Assembly: GCF_030028105.1 (NCBI RefSeq)
Contig: NC_092379.1
Span: 30,277,715 to 30,341,714 of the forward strand
Direction: 5' to 3'
Length of the DNA: 64,000 bases
DNA from: Mobula birostris
Taxonomy: Eukaryota
A program made the position numbers and the translations under genes. The notes under the pieces are model-generated. The model worked only from the letters and a program-made list of their open reading frames with translations. It was not told the DNA's origin and searched no databases. Below are positions 1 to 12,696 of the stretch, in pieces (the stretch's first letter is position 1; every line of letters starts with the position of its first letter).

Positions 1-711
1 GAGGACGGTAGGGCTCTGAAGAAGGGATGCTTATTTGGGATCTCTCGCTTACCCAGACAAAGTTTCTTCCTTCTCTCACCCCGAGATCCTGCGTCTCACT
101 GCATTGATAACTGTCAATCCCTACAGGAGACTGGGCAGGGCCATGGAACGCAGTAGAGACTTCATTTTGCTCCACATCCACCAGCTAGGTCTTGTGTGGT
201 TTGGGTTGAAATCAAAATGTGTGATCTGGTACGGTGGAGGGATGGAGAGAGTTGGAATGAGAATTGGGGGACAGAGATATATGGGGGAGGGGAAAGGAGA
301 AAGATGTGTCACAATGGCGGGGGCATTGGGAGCTAGGGTGGACCCAAATGCAAGACACATTTTGTGAGGTTAATTACCATTTAGTTTATTGTTCGGTATA
401 ATGAGAGCAAAGCAGAAGCAGGAATAGCGAACAGGATAAGGACAAAGGACTACGACTAGGCTGGGACCAAAGGTCTAAGCTTGGACTTGGAATCGGCTCC
501 CAGAACTAGAGGAGACATGAAGAGATTAGGGTATGTGTCCGAGCCAGAGACGGGGCAAGGAACCAGTACCTGGGTCTTGTCTCGGGCAGACACCCCAGAA
601 CCAGGCATCGACATGACATGGGCTAGGGAGAGGAGGAGCATGGAAAACAGAGCCTCGGTCTCGGGAGAGCAGGTGCACGGAACCATGGACAACTACACAG
701 AACACAGAGTC

Positions 712-870
712 GGGACCCTTCCTTGGGTACAGGACACAGGGCCGGGACTCAAACACAGAACAGAAGGCCGGGACCCCTCCTTGGGTACAGGACATAGGGC
801 CGGGACTCACACACAGAACAGAGAGCCGGGACCCCTCCTTGGGTACAGGACGTAGGGCAGGGACTCAGGA
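712..870. repeat. 58-bp tandem repeat (about 2.7 units) inside the LTR
   Basis: GGGACCC(T/C)TCCTTGGGTACAGGAC units start at 712, 770 and 828. Confidence 0.85.
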
Positions 871-1198
871 CCCTCCGCGGGGCAACGGCAAGACGGCCTG
901 ACTTACATCCATGGAGGCGAGGACCAGACAAGACAAGACATGACCCCCCGCGGAGCAAAGGCAAGACGGCCAGACGTACCCCCAAGGAGGCGAGGACAAG
1001 ACAAGACAAGACCAACGGGAATGAACACCAAACAGTAACTATCTAGCTCTGGCGATGGAACTAGACCGAAGTTCAGGTGGGGCTGCAGACGAGGGCTAGA
1101 GGCGAGAGGGCAGAGAAGGGATTCAGACAAGGGGGTAGGACACGAATCATAGACCGCCAAGGCTAGGACTTGACTCAGAACCGGGAAGCCGGAAGGGA

Positions 1199-1356
1199 CA
1201 GGACTTGACTTGGTGCTTGAATGCCGTCAAGCCCAGGACTTGACTTGGTGCTTGAATGCCGCCAGGGTAAGGACTTGACTTGGTGCTTGAATGCCGCCAG
1301 GAACAGGACTTGACTTGGTGCTTGAATGCCGCCGGAGCCAGGACTTGACTTGGAGC
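1199..1356. repeat. 35-bp minisatellite (4 full units plus a partial) inside the LTR
   Basis: GGACTTGACTTGGTGCTTGAATGCCG units start at 1201, 1236, 1271 and 1306, with a partial unit at 1341. Confidence 0.9.
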
Positions 1357-1769
1357 CTTCGGGTAGTGGCGAGCTCTCGACTCGGCCCGGGAACAGTAGA
1401 CAGCGGTTCTTGATTCCCTCCGGCGGGTTAAATGACGGACCCACCTCGGTGAGGAAACTTTGCAGGCTCGCTTTGGCGAGGTAACTGGACAGGGTTGCTC
1501 TGGTGAGGAAGTGCGAAATAGCGGCACACGCTTCGGCAGAGACTAGGCTTGCTCCTGCCAGATGACATCGGCACACCGTACCTTTGATGACTTTGCAGAC
1601 GCTCCCGCCCCGAATGGCTGAAAGCCGGAGACTATAAACTACCGGTTCCGCCGAGCGTTGATTGCCTGTAATCACCAAAGCGGAGGGACACGGGAAAACA
1701 GGGAATCAACGGTCCGGATTGTAACATAAACAAGCTAAAGTTAAAGGGACCCCGATCCGGTCCATGACG

Positions 1770-2260
1770 AGACGAGCAGAAGGAGACAGACATGTGTGGT
1801 TGGGAGTGAAAGGGGAGTGAAACTGTGAGAGTGAGGGATAGAGATGGGAGAAACAAGGAAGCGGGAAGATGGACTAAGAAAAGGGAGATGGAGGGTAGAA
1901 GTGCGGAGAGAAAAAGGGAAGGAAAAGTAAGGACAGAAAGAGATGGAAGAATGGAGGGAAGCAGAAAGGATGATAGGGAAAAGAAAGATGTGGAGGATGG
2001 AAGTGACGGAGAGGGAAAGAGTGGAATAGAAAGGGGGATGGATAGAGAGATGGGAGAAAGAAGAGATGGCGAGGGGGAGACATGTTGTGTTGGACAGCGA
2101 TGAGGAAATTAAGGAAAATATAAAAAAAACGGAAAGGGAGAGAAATGGGGGAGAAAGAGAAATGGATGATTCTGCGAAAGGGGCCGAGACAGATACGGGA
2201 AGAAATAGAATAAAATATAAAGAGAATGTGAGGTTGAAAGGAAAAAAAATGCACAGAAAG
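1770..2260 (+). repeat. Purine-rich (GA) low-complexity tract
   Basis: Visibly G/A-dominated plus strand. It explains the spurious E/R/K/G-rich and F/P/S-rich ORFs in the ORF track. Confidence 0.85.
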
Positions 2261-2584
2261 AGGGTCAGTGTTCACTCTCTTTCTCCGGGGCTTTGCACCC
2301 CCAACCAAACACTGGGGCGAAAGATCGACGTCGTTGGTGGCCCGATTCACCCTCGCCGAGGTCGTGACATTTCACCCGTGAGCATGTGTTCACGCCCTTT
2401 GTTTTGCTGCCCCCACAGGTGCTCGGTGATGCTACAGGTGGGAGACCTGCCCCCTTTTGAGGATGTTGTGGTAAGATTATTCGTCTGACTCCCCTTCTTG
2501 CCACGCTCCTCCTGTAGGTCACCGGGAGGAGTGTGCTTTTGAGTCAGGCCAGTCGTTCCCTGGTCTTCCGGACAACAGGATTTA

Positions 2585-4209
2585 CAGTTGCATGCAAAAA
2601 TTTGGGCACCCCGGTCAAAATTTCTGTTACTGTGAATAGTTAAGCGAGTAAAATATGACCTGATTTCCAAAAGGCTTGCAATTGAAGATGGCGCGTTAAT
2701 TTTAATATTTTAGGCAAGATTACTTATTTTATTTCCATCTTTTACATTTTCAAAATAACAGAAAAAGGAAAAGGGTTCGAAGCAAAAGTCTGGGCACCCT
2801 GCATGGTCAGTATTATGTAACATCCCCTTTAGCAAGTATCACAGCTTGTGAACGCTTTCTGTAGCAGCTGAGAGTCTTTCAATTCTTGTTTGGAGTATTT
2901 TCGCCCATTCTTCCTTGCAAATGGCTTTTAGTTTTGTGAGATTCTTGGGCCGTCTTGTATGCACTGCTCTTTTGAGGTCTATCCACAGATTTCCTATGAT
3001 GTTTAGTTCCGGGAACTTTGAGGGCGTTGGCAAAACCTTCAGCTTGCGCCTCTTTGGGTAGTCCATTGTGCATTTTGAGGTGTGTTTAGGATCATTAACC
3101 TATTGTGGAAGCTATCCTCTTTTCATCTTCAGTTTTTTTACAGACAGTGCGATGTTTGTTTCCAGAATTTGCTGGTATTTAATTGAATCCTTTCTTCCCT
3201 TTAACAGTGAAATGGTCCTCGTGCCATTGGCTGCAACACAAGCCCAAAGCATGATATATCCACCCCTGTGCTCAACAGTTGAAGAGGTGTTCTTTTCATG
3301 AAATCCCGCACCCTTTTTTTCTCCAAACATACCTTTGCTCATTGCGGCCAAAATGTTCTATTTTAACCTAATCAGTCCACAGGACTTGTTTCCAAAATGC
3401 ATCAGGCTTGTTTAGATGCTCCCTTGCTAACTCCTGGCGCTGAATTCTGTGGTGATAAAGCAGGAAAAGTTTTGTTCTGATGACCCTTCCATGAGGGTCA
3501 TATTTCTGCAGGTGTTGCTGCACAGTAGAACAGTGCACCACCACTCCAGAGTTTGCTAAATATTCCTGAAGGTCTTTTGCAGTCAAATGGGGGTTTTGAT
3601 TTGCCTTTCTAGCAATCCTACAAGCAGTTCTCTCGGAAACTTTTCCTGCTCTTCCAGACCTCAACTTGACCTCCACCGTTCCTGTTAGCTGCAATTTGTT
3701 AATTACATTATGAACTGAGGAAACGGCTACCTGAAAACGTTTTGCTATCTTCTTAGAGACCTCTCCAGCTTTGTGGGCATCATTTATTTTAATTTTCAGG
3801 GTGCTAGGCAGCTGCTTAGAGGAGCGCACGGCTGCTGATTGTTGGGCCAAGGTTTGAGGAGTCAGCGTATTTATAAAGCTTCGAAATTTATATCACCTGT
3901 CGTTTCCTAACGATGATTGTGAACAAGCCTTAGCCCTAACAAGCTAATTAAGGGCTGTGACCTTGGTAAAAGTTATCTGAGAGCTCAAATCTCTTGGGCT
4001 GCCCAAAACGTTGCATGGAGCTCCTTTCCTTTCTTTTACTCTCAAATTGTACAAGACAAAAATAATACAATAATCTTGCTTAAAATGTTGAAAAAAATGT
4101 TTCATCTTTAACTTTATGACTTTTGGAGATCAGTTCGTCTTCTACTCACTTAACTATTCACAGTAACAGAAACTTTGACCAGGGGTGCCCAAACCTCGAA
4201 TTGTCACTG
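2585..4209 (-). mobile_element. Tc1/mariner DNA transposon (IR/DR type) with a decayed transposase
   Basis: TA TSDs at 2583-2584 and 4210-4211. Long imperfect TIRs (TTTGGGCACCCC..GGTCAAA.TTTCTGTTACTGTGAATAGTTAAG) with inner DRs near 2790 and 4000. Transposase fragments 3368-3850 (paired-like HTH, ..VLWTD), 3112-3351 (GG.IMLWAC) and 2839-3066 (ELNIIGNLW, catalytic E changed to G). Confidence 0.92.
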
Positions 4210-5124
4210 TACCTCAGGGGTAAGGGTGACATTGAGCGACATGCTTTGCAATGTTCAGACAGGACAGACAGGTTGGGATATCTACTGTAGCTACATGGTG
4301 TAACTGAGGAATAGGAAATGGCTGATTACATTACTGGAGTTAGTCGACCAGATATAGAGTAGCGAATTTGTTGAGAGAGACCAGATATCTGCAAGAAAAA
4401 TGATGCAACATAGGTCATTTTCAGTTTCTGCAGACAGTCCATGCCATACAGCCCTTCCACATAATCAAAAATTCTAATTTCGCGACGTATTAAAGTTGAT
4501 TCTGATGTTGATTCTCATGTTAGCTCATCCGATTCTACCGCAACGGCAGCTTTCCTGCATGTACACAAACTCAGACATTGCAATAAAACCGATTCTTTGC
4601 TTTTGGTGTTTTGGTAATAATATGGAAAGCGATTGCAGGAATAGAGTTGGAATTATACTAGAGCACTGGAGTACAAGGGGTCAGGGATACATCGCATCAA
4701 TTAATTTGGTCTTGATGATCATATTCATATTTCCACGATAGTTCTGTACACCCAAGGAAGCTAGAACGTATGCACCTTTGGAATGGAAATAAAAATGTAA
4801 TTTCGGAGTTGTATTGTTTAGTTTGTGTTCAGCTGGTGTTTGTGTCAGTAGCGGTCGTAATAATGAAAAAGATTACTATACATAGCACCGAGCTGAACAC
4901 TTATTTGGAATAGAAATACGCAGGGAGATGATCTCCTATTCCCAAATCGTTTTTTTTTCCTACAGTATAAATATGGACATCCACATGTGCCCAATTCATA
5001 CAGTCGTCCAATTTGTATGCCTGCGCACAGAGGTCACCTCGACATGAAATGATTAGTACTACGCACCTGCCATACCAAGACTATTATTACCCAATTTTAG
5101 CGGCTTTTGCGGTCCCAGGCAAGT

Positions 5125-6950
5125 CAAGGAACCATAGAACCATAGAAACTACAGCACAGAAACAGGCCCTTTGGCCCTTCTTGGCTGTGCCGAACCATTT
5201 TCTGCCTAGTCCCATTGACCTGCACACGGACCATATCCCTCCTTACACCTCCCATCCATGTATCTGTCCAATTTATTCTTAAATGTTAAAAAAGAACCCG
5301 CATTTACCACCTCGTCTGGCAGCTCATTCCATGCTCCCACCACTCTCTGTGTGAAGAAGCCCCCCCTAATGTTCCCTTTAAACTCCCCCCCCCTCACCCG
5401 TAGCCCATGGCCCCTGTTTTTTTTCTCCCCTTGCCTCAGTGGAAAAAGCATGCTTGCATTCACTCTATCTATACCCATCATAATTTTATATACCTCTATC
5501 AAATCTTCCCTCTTTCTTCTACGCTCCAGGGAATAAAGTCCTAACCTATTCAACCTTTCTCTGTAACTGAGTTTCTCAAGTCCCGGCAACATCCTTGTAA
5601 ACCTTCTCTGCACTCTTTCAACCTTATTTATATCCTTCCTGTAATTTGGTGACCAAAACTGAACACAATACTCCAGATTTGGCCTCACCAATGCCTTATA
5701 CAACCTCATCATAACATTCCAGCTCTTATACTCAATACTTCGATTAATAAAGGCCAATGTACCAAAATCTCTCTTTACGAACCTATCTACCTGTGACGAC
5801 ACTTTTAGGGAATTTTGTATCTGTATTCCCAGATGCCTCTGTTCCACTGCACTCCTCAGTGCCTTACCATTAACCCTGTATGTTCTACGTTGGTTTGTCC
5901 TTCCAACGTGCAATACCTCACACTTGTTAGTATTAAACTCCATCTGCCATTTTTTCAGCCCATTTTTCCAGCTGGTCCAAGTCTCTCTTCAGGCTCTGAA
6001 AACCTTCCTCACTGTCTACTACACCTCCAATCTTTGTATCATCAGCAAACTTGCTGATCCAATTTACCACATTATCATCCAGATCATTGATATAGATGAC
6101 AATTAACAATGGACCCAGCACTAATCCCTGTGGCACACCACTAGTCACAGGCCTCCACTCAGAGAAGCAATTCTCTACCATCACTCTCTGGCTTCTTCCA
6201 TCGAGCCAATGTCTAAACCAATTTACCACCCCTCCATGTATACCTAACGACTGAATTTTCCTAACTAACCTCCCATGCGGGACCTTGTCAAAGGCCTTAC
6301 TGAAGTCCATGTAGACAATATCCACTGCCTTCCCTTCATCCACTTTCCTGGTAACCTCCTCGAAAAACTCCAACAGATTGGTCAAACATGACCTACCACG
6401 CACAAAGCCATGTTGACTCTACCTAATAAACCCCTGTCTTTCCAAATGCTTGTAGATTCTGTCTTTTAGTACTCCCTCCAATAACTTACTTACTACTGAC
6501 GTTAAACTCACCGGCCTATAATTTCCCGGATTACTTTTCGATCCTTTTTTAAACAACGGAACAACATGAGCCACTCTCCAATCCTCCGGCACTTCAGCCG
6601 TAGATAGCGACATTTTCAATATTTCTGCCAGGGCCCCCGCAATTTCAACACTGGTCTCCTTCAAGGTCCGAGGGAACACCCTGTCAGGTCCCGGGGATTT
6701 ATCCACTTTAATTTTCCTCAAGACAGCAAGTACCTCCTCCTTTTCAATCTGTACAGTTTCAATGGTCTCACTACTTAATTCCCTCAATTCCATAGATTTC
6801 ATGCCGGCTCCCTTAGTAAATACAGACACAAAAAACCTATTTAAGATCTCCCCCATTTCCTTTGGTTCCGCACAAAGCCGACCACTCTGATCTTCAAGAG
6901 GACCAATTGTATCCCTTACAATCCTTTTGCTCTTAATATACTTGTAAAAG
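5125..6950 (-). mobile_element. 5'-truncated CR1-clade LINE (RT domain and 3' end), frameshifted
   Basis: ORF pieces 6419-6856, 5933-6403 (MDFSKAFDKVPH, GVPQG, KFADDTK) and 5206-5943. Short tandem 3' tail (CATAGAAC) at about 5128-5146. Confidence 0.92.
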
Positions 6951-8145
6951 ATGACAGGTAAGTTTGATCACACTGAAATCTCTGTGATGCTCTGGTTTCT
7001 CTCTGGAGTTTGTATATGGAGAAAAAAGAAATTTGGAAACTCTGTTTAGGATATTTGGAGCAGAAGTCAGTACTCATCTGTTGGAGCTCTGTGTTGTTAT
7101 TTGGAAATGGAAGACATTTACTCCTGAATGTTTTCGGATGGAAGGAAAGAAATGACACCGCACTGAAGTAAACAGCGAGTAACAATCACTCACAGTGAGG
7201 ACGTTTGTCTGTTTAGATGAATCTGGTGAATATTCACATGGATCTGTACAAAATATTTTAAAACGTCCAGTCTCTTGCTGTGAATGGATAAAATACACAG
7301 TTTCTTTCCACGTACAAGAACTAGAAAGGGGACAGTTGTGAAAGGAGAATGGAAGAGTGGTCGCTTTTTCATCGGGTGGACTTACAGACCATGAAGCTCT
7401 GGGTAGTGAAATGCAAGGCAGTGTATTTTCGTGGAAGATGGAAAAGCGGAACTACAGTTTGAATGTTTTTGCAAATGGGCGGAGGAGCACAACGTCGTGT
7501 CACTGAAAGTGGTGGGACAGGCCGAGAATGAACTCACACCCACATTTCCGTTTTATCAGAACGTATTCCTTAATCAAGGGAAGAATGTCATGTTAAAACT
7601 TGCAAACGGGTCAATAAAACCTGCTTTGTAGCATCGTGTTAAATTCCTGCGGCCTGAATATTACAATAAAACGGATCTGCGGGAGATTTAGATGAATTGT
7701 TCCTGGGGTAATATGTGATGATCTAAATATGTTGTGACGGATAACAGACGACCAAATTGAGATCTGGTGTGTAGTATGTGGATCATGGACCGATTAGATA
7801 GACGTTTCGTTTTATGTCGTTCATTTGATGAATCACCGACGAGAGTTCAAAAATGTAAATGAAGAAAACTACATCTATGAGAAATAAAATTATTTCTTGG
7901 CATGGTGGTCGCTGGAATCTGGAATGAACCGCCTGAAGAAATAGACGAGCCACATTTGATCGGTCGATAAAGAGGCAGTTGCGTAATAGGTGGTAGATAA
8001 AAAAAAAACGGTGAAGCGTGAGGAGGTGCCCGGTCTTGATTTAGAAGATTTCGCTCGGAGAAAGTCTTTGCGGACATAACGGGAAGAAATCCGCTTTGTG
8101 TCTGTAGCATTACAGCCTGGTATTAACCATTCTCCGACACAGATC

Positions 8146-9466
8146 TGTCATGGACCGGATCGGAGTCCCTTTAAATTTACCTTGTTTAAGTTACGATCCG
8201 GACCGTTGATTCCCTGTTTTCCCGTGTCCCTCGACTTTGGTGATTAGAAGCAATGAACACTAGACTGAACTGGTAGTTTATAATCTCCGGCTTTCAGCCG
8301 TTCGGCGCGTGAGCGTCTGCAAAATCATCTAAGGTACGGTAAGCCGATGTCATCAGGCCGGAGCAAGCCTAGACTCTGCCGAAACGAGTGCCGATATTTC
8401 ACCTCTCCTCACCATAGCAACCCTGTCCAGTTACCTCTCCAAAGTGAACCTGCATGGTTTCCTCACCGAGGAGGATTCGTCAGTTAACCCGCCGGAGGGA
8501 ATCAAGAGCCGTTGTCTACTGTTCCCGAGCCGAGTCGAGAGCTCGCCACTACCCGGAAGCTCCAAGTCAGGTCCTGGCGCCAGCGGCATTCAAGCACCAA
8601 GTCAAGTCCTGGCTCCGGCGGCATTCAAGCATCAAGACAAGTCATGGCTCCGGCGGCATTCAAGCACCAAGTCAAGTCCTGCTCCTAGCGGTCTGTGATT
8701 CCCGTCCTACCCCTTTGTCTGAATCCCTTCTCTGCCCCTGTCGCCTTTTGCTCTCGTCTGCAGCCCCCGCCTGCACTTCCGTCTAGTTCCATCGCCGGAG
8801 CTAGGTAGGTAATGTCTGGTGTTCATTTCGTGTTGGTCTTGTGTTGTCTTGTCCTCGCCTCCGTGGGGTAAGTCAGGCCGGCTTGCCGGTACACCGCGGA
8901 GTGTCATGAGTCCCGGCCCTACGTCCTGTACCCAAAGAGGGGTCCCGGTTCGCTGTTCTGTGTGCGAGTCCCGGCCCCATGTCCTCTACCCAAGGAGGGC
9001 TCCTGGCTCTCTGCTCTGAGCGTGATACCCGGCCCTATGTCCTGTACCCATGGAGTGGTCCCGACTCTGTTTTTCTGTGTTTGTGTCCATGGTTCCATGT
9101 ACCTGCTCTCCCGAGACCGAGGCTCCGTTTTCCATGTTCCTCCGCTCCCTAGTCCATGTCATGCCCATGCCTGGTTCTGGGGTCCGAGCCCGAGGCAAGA
9201 TCCAGGTACTGAGTCCTTGCCCGGTCTCGGGCTTGGAGTCCACACTCTAGCCTCATCATGTCTCCTCTCGTTCTGGGAGCCAATTCCGAGTGCTAGCCCA
9301 GTCCCTTGGTACCAACCTAGTCGTCGTGCTCAGTCCTTGTCCAGTTCGCTATTCCTGCTCCTGCTTAGCTTCCTGGTATCGAACAATGAACTAAATCTAA
9401 GTCACCTCACAAGATTGTCTTGCATTTGGGTCCACCCTTGTTCCCAATACCCCCGCCATTGTGACA
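8146..9466 (+). mobile_element. Solo LTR (same family as 307-1769), copy 2
   Basis: Termini TGTCA (8146) and TGACA (9466). Flanks AGATC/ATATC. Carries the same 35-bp array (about 8560-8680, one unit fewer) and the 58-bp-related array (about 8905-9060). Confidence 0.78.
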
Positions 9467-9618
9467 ATATCTGCGGATGAGCTGTCCTTTAATGACCGTG
9501 GATTGTGTACTTTCGTATCGCAATAACTATTACTTTGCTTAATTTTGTCAGAAATGAGAGACAATTCAGCCAATGCGGGGTTACTAACCAGCAATCAAGA
9601 GTATTCTCTGTGCATTTT

Positions 9619-9985
9619 GATACATAGAAACATAGAAAAACATAGAAAACCTACAGCACAATACAGGCCCTTCAGCCCACAAAGTTGTGCCAAACATGTC
9701 CCTACCTTAGAAATGGTTAGGGTTATCCACAGCCCTCTACTTTTCTAAGCTCCATGTACCTATGCAAAAGTCTTTTAGAAGTCCCTATCGTATTCGCCAC
9801 CACCACCGTTGCCGGCAGACTATTCCACGCACTCACCGCTCTCTGCGTAAAAAAACTTACCCCTGACATTTCCTCTGTACCTGCTCCAAAGCACCTTAAA
9901 CCTGTGCCTTCTTGTGGCAGCCATTTCAGCCCTGGGAAAATGCCTCTGACTATCCACACGATCAATGCCTCTCATCATCTGATGC
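9619..9985 (-). mobile_element. CR1 LINE 3' fragment
   Basis: CATAGAAA tail. FFTQRAVSAWNSLPATVV matches the CR1 ORF2 C-terminus seen in other copies in this window. Confidence 0.85.
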
Positions 9986-10461
9986 ACCTCTAAGTACATG
10001 CTTACTTTTCAAACTGTGAATATTTGACGATTGTAAACTTTAAGAATGTTTAAGATAATTAGAGAGAAAAATCGAGCTTTGCCAGTGTAAATGGCAGCAT
10101 ATGGGGTTTATAGAACAGACGGAGACAATGTCAGATTGGTTCGGTATGGTGCGGCATCTGCACTCGATCGCTAATCTCTTTCCTTTCTTTCGAGATTCTG
10201 GCAGATCTACTAATGTCTGACAATTGGAGAAAATCATTCCCAGTGGTTTACATGGAAAATTATAGGATAATTCATTTGCTGATAGATAATTGGGCAGTCT
10301 TCCGTATCTATTTTTCTCGTATACAGACCATTCCCAGGAAGAGGTAATCTAATTGTTTCTATTATATTCGGAATCTTGGATATTTGGACTTTCCTCTCTG
10401 AAGTCATTCGTGATCTCTCAAGAATTTCCCCATCCATCACTGGATTGGGATATTTCCATAT

Positions 10462-10880
10462 CACAAAAAACTCAAGAGATTCCGCAGATGCTGATGTAAA
10501 ACAGCAACATTAGTTTTTTTGTCTTCCTGGTGTTGTTGAGCTTCCTTTTCTATAGGACTCCCGACACGTTTCTTCTGTTCTCTACTCTAGCCTCATACCT
10601 CTACCTAACTGCCTATCACCTCCCATTGGGTCCTCACCTCTTTCCCTTTCTCCTAGTCCACTCTCTCCTGTCAGATTTCTTTCTGTCCAGCGCTTGCATC
10701 TCCTACCGACCTGGCTTCACCTGTCACATTCAGGCTATCTTCCTTCTCCCTACACAACATTTTCATTCTGGCGTCTTCCCCCATCCTTCCCAGTCCTGAA
10801 GAAAGGTCACAGTTGTTTATTCATTTCCATAGGCGTTGTTTGACCCCCCTGAGTTCCTCCAGCATGTTGCGTGTTTTGCT
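10462..10880 (+). mobile_element. Penelope-like element terminal (pLTR) fragment, decayed
   Basis: Pyrimidine-rich segment ending CAGTCCTGAAGA..TTCCATAG..CTGAGTTCCTCCAGCAT, resembling the terminus of the Penelope element at 12.7 kb. Confidence 0.5.
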
Positions 10881-12069
10881 GTCTATTTTCTAGGAAGCTG
10901 AACAATGCTGGGAAGCGTTTCTTTCTAGATAGCAATGCATTCCTTCTGCAGTTCCCATGGGGAATTCCTTTAAGTACTAGGTTTCATCCTTCGTACATCG
11001 GAACTTTTTTTTGCACTTTCAAAGCTGGATTAAATTTAATTATTCGACATTATGGAAGTCATTATTCGTCCTGCTTGCAGCCATAAATCACTTATTAATT
11101 GTCATTTCTGCAGCTCAAAATGTAAAAACTTTGTAATTCATTTCGAAGATCTCACCATAGCCGTTCCTGTTTTTTGACAGCCTACGTGATGCGAAACCCA
11201 TGATATTGCCATTGCTTGTTTCCTTCATAATCCATTACTGTGACCAGAAAGCCAATTTATTTGATAACCTTAACTACAAGAAATTTGTCTGTTTGACAAT
11301 GGATTTTCATTTGCCATTAAAGGCTCCATCGGTGTAAACTAAGTTATTCAGCAGCAAATGCAATTAACAGGAGGTAAGAGGAACAAACATTATTCGCCTT
11401 GTATGACGGGAACTTTGTTCCCTTGTAGCAAGATTGAAGTGCAAGGATGCAATATTGCAATGGAGGATAAGATAAACAATCGGCGCAGAAAACGAAGAGC
11501 GCAGTCGTACTTTATGGTTTCATGGACCGGTCAGAAATCTGATGGAAGAGGGAAGGAATCTGTTTCCGAATCGCAGAGCGTGGACGTGCAGATTTGAACG
11601 CTAATTCCTTTAGGTGGTAACGAGCAGAGTGCATGTCCGGATATTGAGAGTTATTTGGAGTTGGATGCCGATTATTTGAAGATGCCCATAATGATGAGCA
11701 GAGACAGAGGTGGCGGATGTGAGTGAGGTGTCTACAGTCAACCGCCACCCGCTCTCCTGACCACATAAGATACTGTAGGGAGGTGAACGGGTGTTGTAGC
11801 AGAGAACAAGGTTAAAAGAAACGGCATCACCAGACGGTCCGTGAAACCTAGGTGTTCTAACTTAGTACTAGCAGAAAGCTACGTTTATGGACGTATGTGT
11901 GTATGTGTGATGGTGAGAAGTGAAGGGAGGCAAACGGCGATAATGGCTCAAGTAAAGAGCGAAGTCCCTGAAGTGGATGAACCGTTTCCCGACTTTTAAT
12001 AAGAACTGGGCCAGATAATGGAAAACCAATAAAGGCGAGGCCAACAAGGCGCTAGGAAAGCGCTCAGCT

Positions 12070-12695
12070 AGTATTGCTGATGATACAAAGTTAGCTGGAG
12101 GGCAGATAGTGTTGAGGAAGCAGGAAGACTACAGGAGAGCTGAGGCAGATTTGGAGAATGAGCATAGAGGTGGTAAATGGAACATAGAGTCAGGAAGTGT
12201 ATGGTATGCACTTTCTAAATGGGAAGAAAATTCAAATATCGGAGATGGAAATGGACATGGGAGTCTTCGCGCACGATGCCGTAAAGCTCAACTTGCAGGT
12301 TGATTCAGTGGTGAGAAGGCAAATGCAATGTTCGCGTTCATTTCGAGGGGACCAGCATATAAAAGCAAGGAATGCCTTATAAAGCATTGGTCACACACAT
12401 TTGGAGTATCGTGTGCATTTCTGGGCCCCTTATCTAAGAAACGATATGCTGATATTAGAGAGGATTCAGAGGAAGTTCACGAGAATGATTCAGGAATTGA
12501 AAGGCTTTTCGTATGAGAAACGATTGATGGCTCTAAGTCTTTACTCGCTGGAAGTTAAAGGAATGAATGGGTATCTCATTGAAACCTATAGAATGCTGAA
12601 TGGCTAAGTAAGACTGAATGTGGAGAGGATACTGCCTATGGTGGGAGAGTCTAGAACGACAGAGCACCGCCTCAAGGTAGGGGCACGTCTGTTGA
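12070..12695 (+). mobile_element. Degenerate CR1 RT / 3' fragment
   Basis: GCTGATGATACAAAG (ADDTK), HFWAPYLRND and LERIQRKFTRMI remnants. Confidence 0.75.
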
Positions 12696-12696
12696 G

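Larger units (their letters stand above)
307..1769 (-). mobile_element. Solo LTR (Gypsy-like), copy 1, with internal 58-bp and 35-bp tandem arrays
   Basis: Termini TGTCA (307) and TGACG (1769). Near-identical 5-bp flanks AGATG/AGACG. AATAAA on the minus strand at 385-390. Homologous in inverted orientation to 8146-9466. Interrupts a GA-rich tract. Confidence 0.75.

Noticed and set aside
1199-1356. CRISPR-like array (constant repeat plus short variable part)
   Set aside because: The variable part is only about 7 bp, the array lies inside a eukaryotic LTR and there are no cas genes. It is a minisatellite.
1825-2488. ORFs rich in E/R/K/G or F/P/S/L
   Set aside because: These are translations of a polypurine low-complexity tract.
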